This document shows positions 59,873 through 64,000 of a stretch of 64,000 nt of DNA, in pieces. This DNA is from Halarcobacter sp. Its GTDB lineage: Bacteria > Campylobacterota > Campylobacteria > Campylobacterales > Arcobacteraceae. Both the position numbers and the translations under genes were made by a program. The stretch covers positions 3,136,001 to 3,200,000 of the forward strand of contig CP182352.1 of NCBI GenBank assembly GCA_048571215.1, read 5' to 3'. Below the pieces are notes generated by a model. It was not told where the DNA came from, made no database searches, and saw only the letters and a program-made list of their open reading frames with translations. Within the stretch, counting starts at the first letter, position 1; each line of letters starts with the position of its first letter.

Positions 59873-62800
59873 TTACAAGGCAATATCTTCAATCCAATAT
59901 TCAAATAACTCACTGTCAATTCTGTCTATAATTAAATTCTCATTAAAATTACTTGTATAGTTTGAATAATTCAATGATATTGGATTTAATACATCAGTAA
60001 TTGATGTTTGTACTGTTTGAGTATTTACAACATTACTTGTATGATTTACATATGTTGGATTATTTATTGATTCAAACAATGAGGTTACTCTTGTTTGGAT
60101 ATTCTCTTGTGCTTGCACATGATGTGTTTTCATTACATATGACGAGTTTAATAACTCATAATCTATCTCTTTTGCGAAACTCCATTGCTCTACAGCACTA
60201 TAACTATTAGTTAGATCCATAGTTGTTTCTATTTGACTTAACTTAGGAGTTACTATTGTTTTATTTACAACTTGTAAAGAATAGTTGTCTTTTTCTACTA
60301 AAAATACAGATGTTGAAGAACCTATTTTTGAGTCTATTTTAGCTTCTTGTTTATTTGCAATAAATAAATTTCTTACATCTGTATTTATTGCATTATTTGA
60401 CAAGTTATTTAAGCTTGTACTATTTAATAGATACTCACCTTTTGTGAAGGCACCTTTACCTACCATATTTAAATTTTGAGCTGTTATATTCGTATTTTGA
60501 TTATTATAATAATCAGTGATTCTACCATCTTGTGTTTTTAAAGTTACTGTATTCGCACTAATAGTACCTATTTTCATACTATCTTGAGTTTGTATAGTTA
60601 CATTACTTGATGTTTGTACATCTTCTACTACTAAGTAATCCAATTCATTAATACTTACATCACCACTAGCAATTGCTTTTAATACTGCTATATCTGTATC
60701 TAACGAAGCTGTAGTTACATCTAAGCTTAGTTTATCAGCAACTAATGTGGTATTATTAGTAATATTATTTGCACTAATTGTTACATTCCCATCAGTTGTC
60801 ATACTATCTAGAATTAAATCATCACTTTCATTAATAGTTACATCACCACTTGCAGTTGCTGTTAAAGTAGATACTTTTGTATTAATATCTGCACTTGTTA
60901 CATCTAAACTTAATAAACTACTTGACAATAAAGAAGTAGCTGTATTTGTTAGATTAGAAGCTGTTATATCTACATTTCCTGATGTTGTAATACTATCTAG
61001 AATTAAATCATCACTTTCATTAATAGTTACATCACCACTTGCAGTTGCTGTTAAAGTAGATACTTTTGTATTAATATCTGCACTTGTTACATCTAAACTT
61101 AATAAACTACTTGACAATAAAGAAGTAGCTGTATTTGTTAGATTAGAAGCTGTTATATCTACATTTCCTGATGTTGTAATACTATCTAGAATTAAATCAT
61201 CACTTTCATTAATAGTTACATCACCACTTGCAGTTGCTGTTAAAGTAGATACTTTTGTATTAATATCTGCACTTGTTACATCTAAACTTAATAAACTACT
61301 TGACAATAAAGAAGTAGCTGTATTTGTTAGATTAGAAGCTGTTATATCTACATTTCCTGATGTTGTAATACTATCTAGAATTAAATCATCACTTTCATTA
61401 ATAGTTACATCACCACTTGCAGTTGCTGTTAAAGTAGATACTTTTGTATTAATATCTGCACTTGTTACATCTAAACTTAATAAACTACTTGACAATAAAG
61501 AAGTAGCTGTATTTGTTAGATTAGAAGCTGTTATATCTACATTTCCTGATGTTGTAATACTATCTAGAATTAAATCATCACTTTCATTAATAGTTACATC
61601 ACCACTTGCAGTTGCTGTTAAAGTAGATACTTTTGTATTAATATCTGCACTTGTTACATCTAAACTTAATAAACTACTTGACAATAAAGAAGTAGCTGTA
61701 TTTGTTAGATTAGAAGCTGTTATATCTACATTTCCTGATGTTGTAATACTATCTAGAATTAAATCATCACTTTCATTAATAGTTACATCACCACTTGCAG
61801 TTGCTGTTAAAGTAGATACTTTTGTATTAATATCTGCACTTGTTACATCTAAACTTAATAAACTACTTGACAATAAAGAAGTAGCTGTATTTGTTAGATT
61901 AGAAGCTGTTATATCTACATTTCCTGATGTTGTAATACTATCTAGAATTAAATCATCACTTTCATTAATAGTTACATCACCACTTGCAGTTGCTGTTAAA
62001 GTAGATACTTTTGTATTAATATCTGCACTTGTTACATCTAAACTTAATAAACTACTTGACAATAAAGAAGTAGCTGTATTTGTTAGATTAGAAGCTGTTA
62101 TATCTACATTTCCTGATGTTGTAATACTATCTAGAATTAAATCATCACTTTCATTAATAGTTACATCACCACTTGCAGTTGCTGTTAAAGTAGATACTTT
62201 TGTATTAATATCTGCACTTGTTACATCTAAACTTAATAAACTACTTGACAATAAAGAAGTAGCTGTATTTGTTAGATTAGAAGCTGTTATATCTACATTT
62301 CCTGATGTTGTAATACTATCTAGAATTAAATCATCACTTTCATTAATAGTTACATCACCACTTGCAGTTGCTGTTAAAGTAGATACTTTTGTATTAATAT
62401 CTGCACTTGTTACATCTAAACTTAATAAACTACTTGACAATAAAGAAGTAGCTGTATTTGTTAGATTAGAAGCTGTTATATCTACATTTCCTGATGTTGT
62501 AATACTATCTAGAATTAAATCATCACTTTCATTAATAGTTACATCACCACTTGCAGTTGCTGTTAAAGTAGATACTTTTGTATTAATATCTGCACTTGTT
62601 ACATCTAAACTTAATAAACTACTTGACAATAAAGAAGTAGCTGTATTTGTTAGATTAGAAGCTGTTATATCTACATTTCCTGATGTTGTAATACTATCTA
62701 GAATTAAATCATCACTTTCATTAATAGTTACATCACCACTTGCAGTTGCTGTTAAAGTAGATACTTTTGTATTAATATCTGCACTTGTTACATCTAAACT

Positions 62801-64000
62801 TAATAAACTACTTGACAATAAAGAAGTAGCTGTATTTGTTAGATTAGAAGCTGTTATATCTACATTTCCTGATGTTGTAATACTATCTAGAATTAAATCA
62901 TCACTTTCATTAATAGTTACATCACCACTTGCAGTTGCTGTTAAAGTAGATACTTTTGTATTAATATCTGCACTTGTTACATCTAAACTTAATAAACTAC
63001 TTGACAATAAAGAAGTAGCTGTATTTGTTAGATTAGAAGCTGTTATATCTACATTTCCTGATGTTGTAATACTATCTAGAATTAAATCATCACTTTCTTG
63101 AATAAATATATCACCACTTGTTGTATTTGAAGCAGTAAGTGATGCTATTGTTGTATCTATATCTGCATCCCCATTTGCTCCTATACCTGTTGCTGCAACT
63201 AAACTAACTACTGTTGTAGTTCCTTTTATATTTGCATCTTCTGTATCTAGGTTATCACTAATATTTCCATTTGTTGCTGTTATATTTACATTTGAGCTTG
63301 TATCTATTACTGATAGTGCTACATTTGTATTTGCTGTATATGTTACAACTCCACTTGTACTTGTTGTATTTTTACCACTATTCATGATAATTGAACCAGC
63401 ACTTGATACTACATCTATATTTCCAGCTACAGAACTAATAGCTCCATCTTGTGTGATATCTCCTAGGCTTGATACAATATTTACTACACCTAAGTTTGAA
63501 CTTTGTGTTATTGCATCTATTGTTAAAGTATCTGTTTCTTTAACATATATATCTCCACTTGTTGCATTTGTGATATCTATATTTGATACTGTTGTATTAA
63601 TATCATCTACACTTGTTCCAACCCCTGTATTAGAGTTTATTGTTAATACATCTGCTATTACATTTGCTGTTTCTGCACTTAGGTTATCACTAATATTTCC
63701 ATTTGTTGCTGTTATATTTACATTTGAGCTTGTATCTATTACTGATAGTGCTACATTTGTATTTGCTGTATATGTTACAACTCCATTTGTACTTGTTGTA
63801 TTTTTACCACTATTCATGATAATTGAACCAGCACTTGATACTACATCTATATTTCCAGCTACAGAACTAATAGCTCCATCTTGTGTGATATCTCCTAGAG
63901 TTGATACAATATTTACTACACCTAAGTTTGAACTTTGTGTTATTGCATCTATTGTTAAAGTATCTGTTTCTTTAACATATATATCTCCACTTGTTGCATT
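59873..64000 (-). CDS. Second giant repetitive surface protein, 3' part only (5' end outside the window)
   Basis: Frame stays open to the window edge; the Met at 63817 is internal to a repeat; matches the C-terminal part of 46607-58885. Confidence 0.9.
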   Translation of the reverse strand, partial: NATSGDIYVKETDTLTIDAITQSSNLGVVNIVSTLGDITQDGAISSVAGNIDVVSSAGSIIMNSGKNTTSTNGVVTYTANTNVALSVIDTSSNVNITATNGNISDNLSAETANVIADVLTINSNTGVGTSVDDINTTVSNIDITNATSGDIYVKETDTLTIDAITQSSNLGVVNIVSSLGDITQDGAISSVAGNIDVVSSAGSIIMNSGKNTTSTSGVVTYTANTNVALSVIDTSSNVNITATNGNISDNLDTEDANIKGTTTVVSLVAATGIGANGDADIDTTIASLTASNTTSGDIFIQESDDLILDSITTSGNVDITASNLTNTATSLLSSSLLSLDVTSADINTKVSTLTATASGDVTINESDDLILDSITTSGNVDITASNLTNTATSLLSSSLLSLDVTSADINTKVSTLTATASGDVTINESDDLILDSITTSGNVDITASNLTNTATSLLSSSLLSLDVTSADINTKVSTLTATASGDVTINESDDLILDSITTSGNVDITASNLTNTATSLLSSSLLSLDVTSADINTKVSTLTATASGDVTINESDDLILDSITTSGNVDITASNLTNTATSLLSSSLLSLDVTSADINTKVSTLTATASGDVTINESDDLILDSITTSGNVDITASNLTNTATSLLSSSLLSLDVTSADINTKVSTLTATASGDVTINESDDLILDSITTSGNVDITASNLTNTATSLLSSSLLSLDVTSADINTKVSTLTATASGDVTINESDDLILDSITTSGNVDITASNLTNTATSLLSSSLLSLDVTSADINTKVSTLTATASGDVTINESDDLILDSITTSGNVDITASNLTNTATSLLSSSLLSLDVTSADINTKVSTLTATASGDVTINESDDLILDSITTSGNVDITASNLTNTATSLLSSSLLSLDVTSADINTKVSTLTATASGDVTINESDDLILDSITTSGNVDITASNLTNTATSLLSSSLLSLDVTSADINTKVSTLTATASGDVTINESDDLILDSITTSGNVDITASNLTNTATSLLSSSLLSLDVTSADINTKVSTLTATASGDVTINESDDLILDSMTTDGNVTISANNITNNTTLVADKLSLDVTTASLDTDIAVLKAIASGDVSINELDYLVVEDVQTSSNVTIQTQDSMKIGTISANTVTLKTQDGRITDYYNNQNTNITAQNLNMVGKGAFTKGEYLLNSTSLNNLSNNAINTDVRNLFIANKQEAKIDSKIGSSTSVFLVEKDNYSLQVVNKTIVTPKLSQIETTMDLTNSYSAVEQWSFAKEIDYELLNSSYVMKTHHVQAQENIQTRVTSLFESINNPTYVNHTSNVVNTQTVQTSITDVLNPISLNYSNYTSNFNENLIIDRIDSELFEYWIEDIAL
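60801..63097. repeat. Tandem array of 12 x 189 bp in giant gene 2
   Basis: Same marker from 60807 to 63075 (2268 bp = 12 units). Confidence 0.95.

Noticed and set aside
47481..63101. Long plus-strand ORFs (658, 760, 784 aa and others) over the giant genes
   Set aside because: Antisense shadows of in-frame repeats with biased codons; they mirror the repeat period and show no independent protein features
63815..63817. ORF-track start of the 1314-aa protein
   Set aside because: Internal Met of the 144-aa repeat; the frame is open to the window edge
29069..64000. Mobile genomic island inserted after typA
   Set aside because: Looks accessory and AT-rich, but no integrase, transposase, tRNA or att repeat is visible and composition was not computed

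Overview
AT-rich bacterial chromosome segment, most consistent with a Campylobacterota (Arcobacter-like) genome; this is inferred from composition and gene families such as HQWRQP-type kinases and SapC. 1-9.3 kb: purN and a signalling cluster (REC-PAS protein, heme-c/PAS histidine kinase, CheY-CheC-diguanylate cyclase, HD-GYP phosphodiesterase). 9.2-21.6 kb: a minus-strand redox/heme region with two OmpR-type two-component systems, an SHP (DUF1924)/diheme cytochrome c/cytochrome b operon whose cytochrome b-DHC fusion is frameshifted, and an ABC/YceI/atypical heme-copper-oxidase-like operon. 21.7-29 kb: M16 peptidase, a lipoprotein-cytochrome c plus flavocytochrome c sulfide dehydrogenase pair, glutaminase and typA. 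29.1-35.4 kb: an unannotated 31-aa membrane peptide behind a possible RNA switch, a sensor system whose kinase lacks the phospho-His, a U32-like Cys-rich protein and an MtnK-like pseudokinase. 35.4-64 kb holds the most striking locus, a minus-strand candidate secretion system with no ABC ATPase in the window. It comprises two giant repeat proteins (one with an N-terminal LESRLLLSA, LEPR-XLL-type leader), SapC, a lipoprotein, TolC, three membrane-fusion-domain proteins (one GAF-fused, one fused to a PqqD-like domain plus M50 protease), a C-terminally truncated SecA-like ATPase and an MtnK-fold kinase. The two giant genes appear identical by eye over about 3.7 kb, apart from repeat copy number (10 vs 12 units of 189 bp) and three synonymous terminal codons. 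No rRNA, tRNA, CRISPR array or transposase was seen. All calls are from motif reading; no database search was run.
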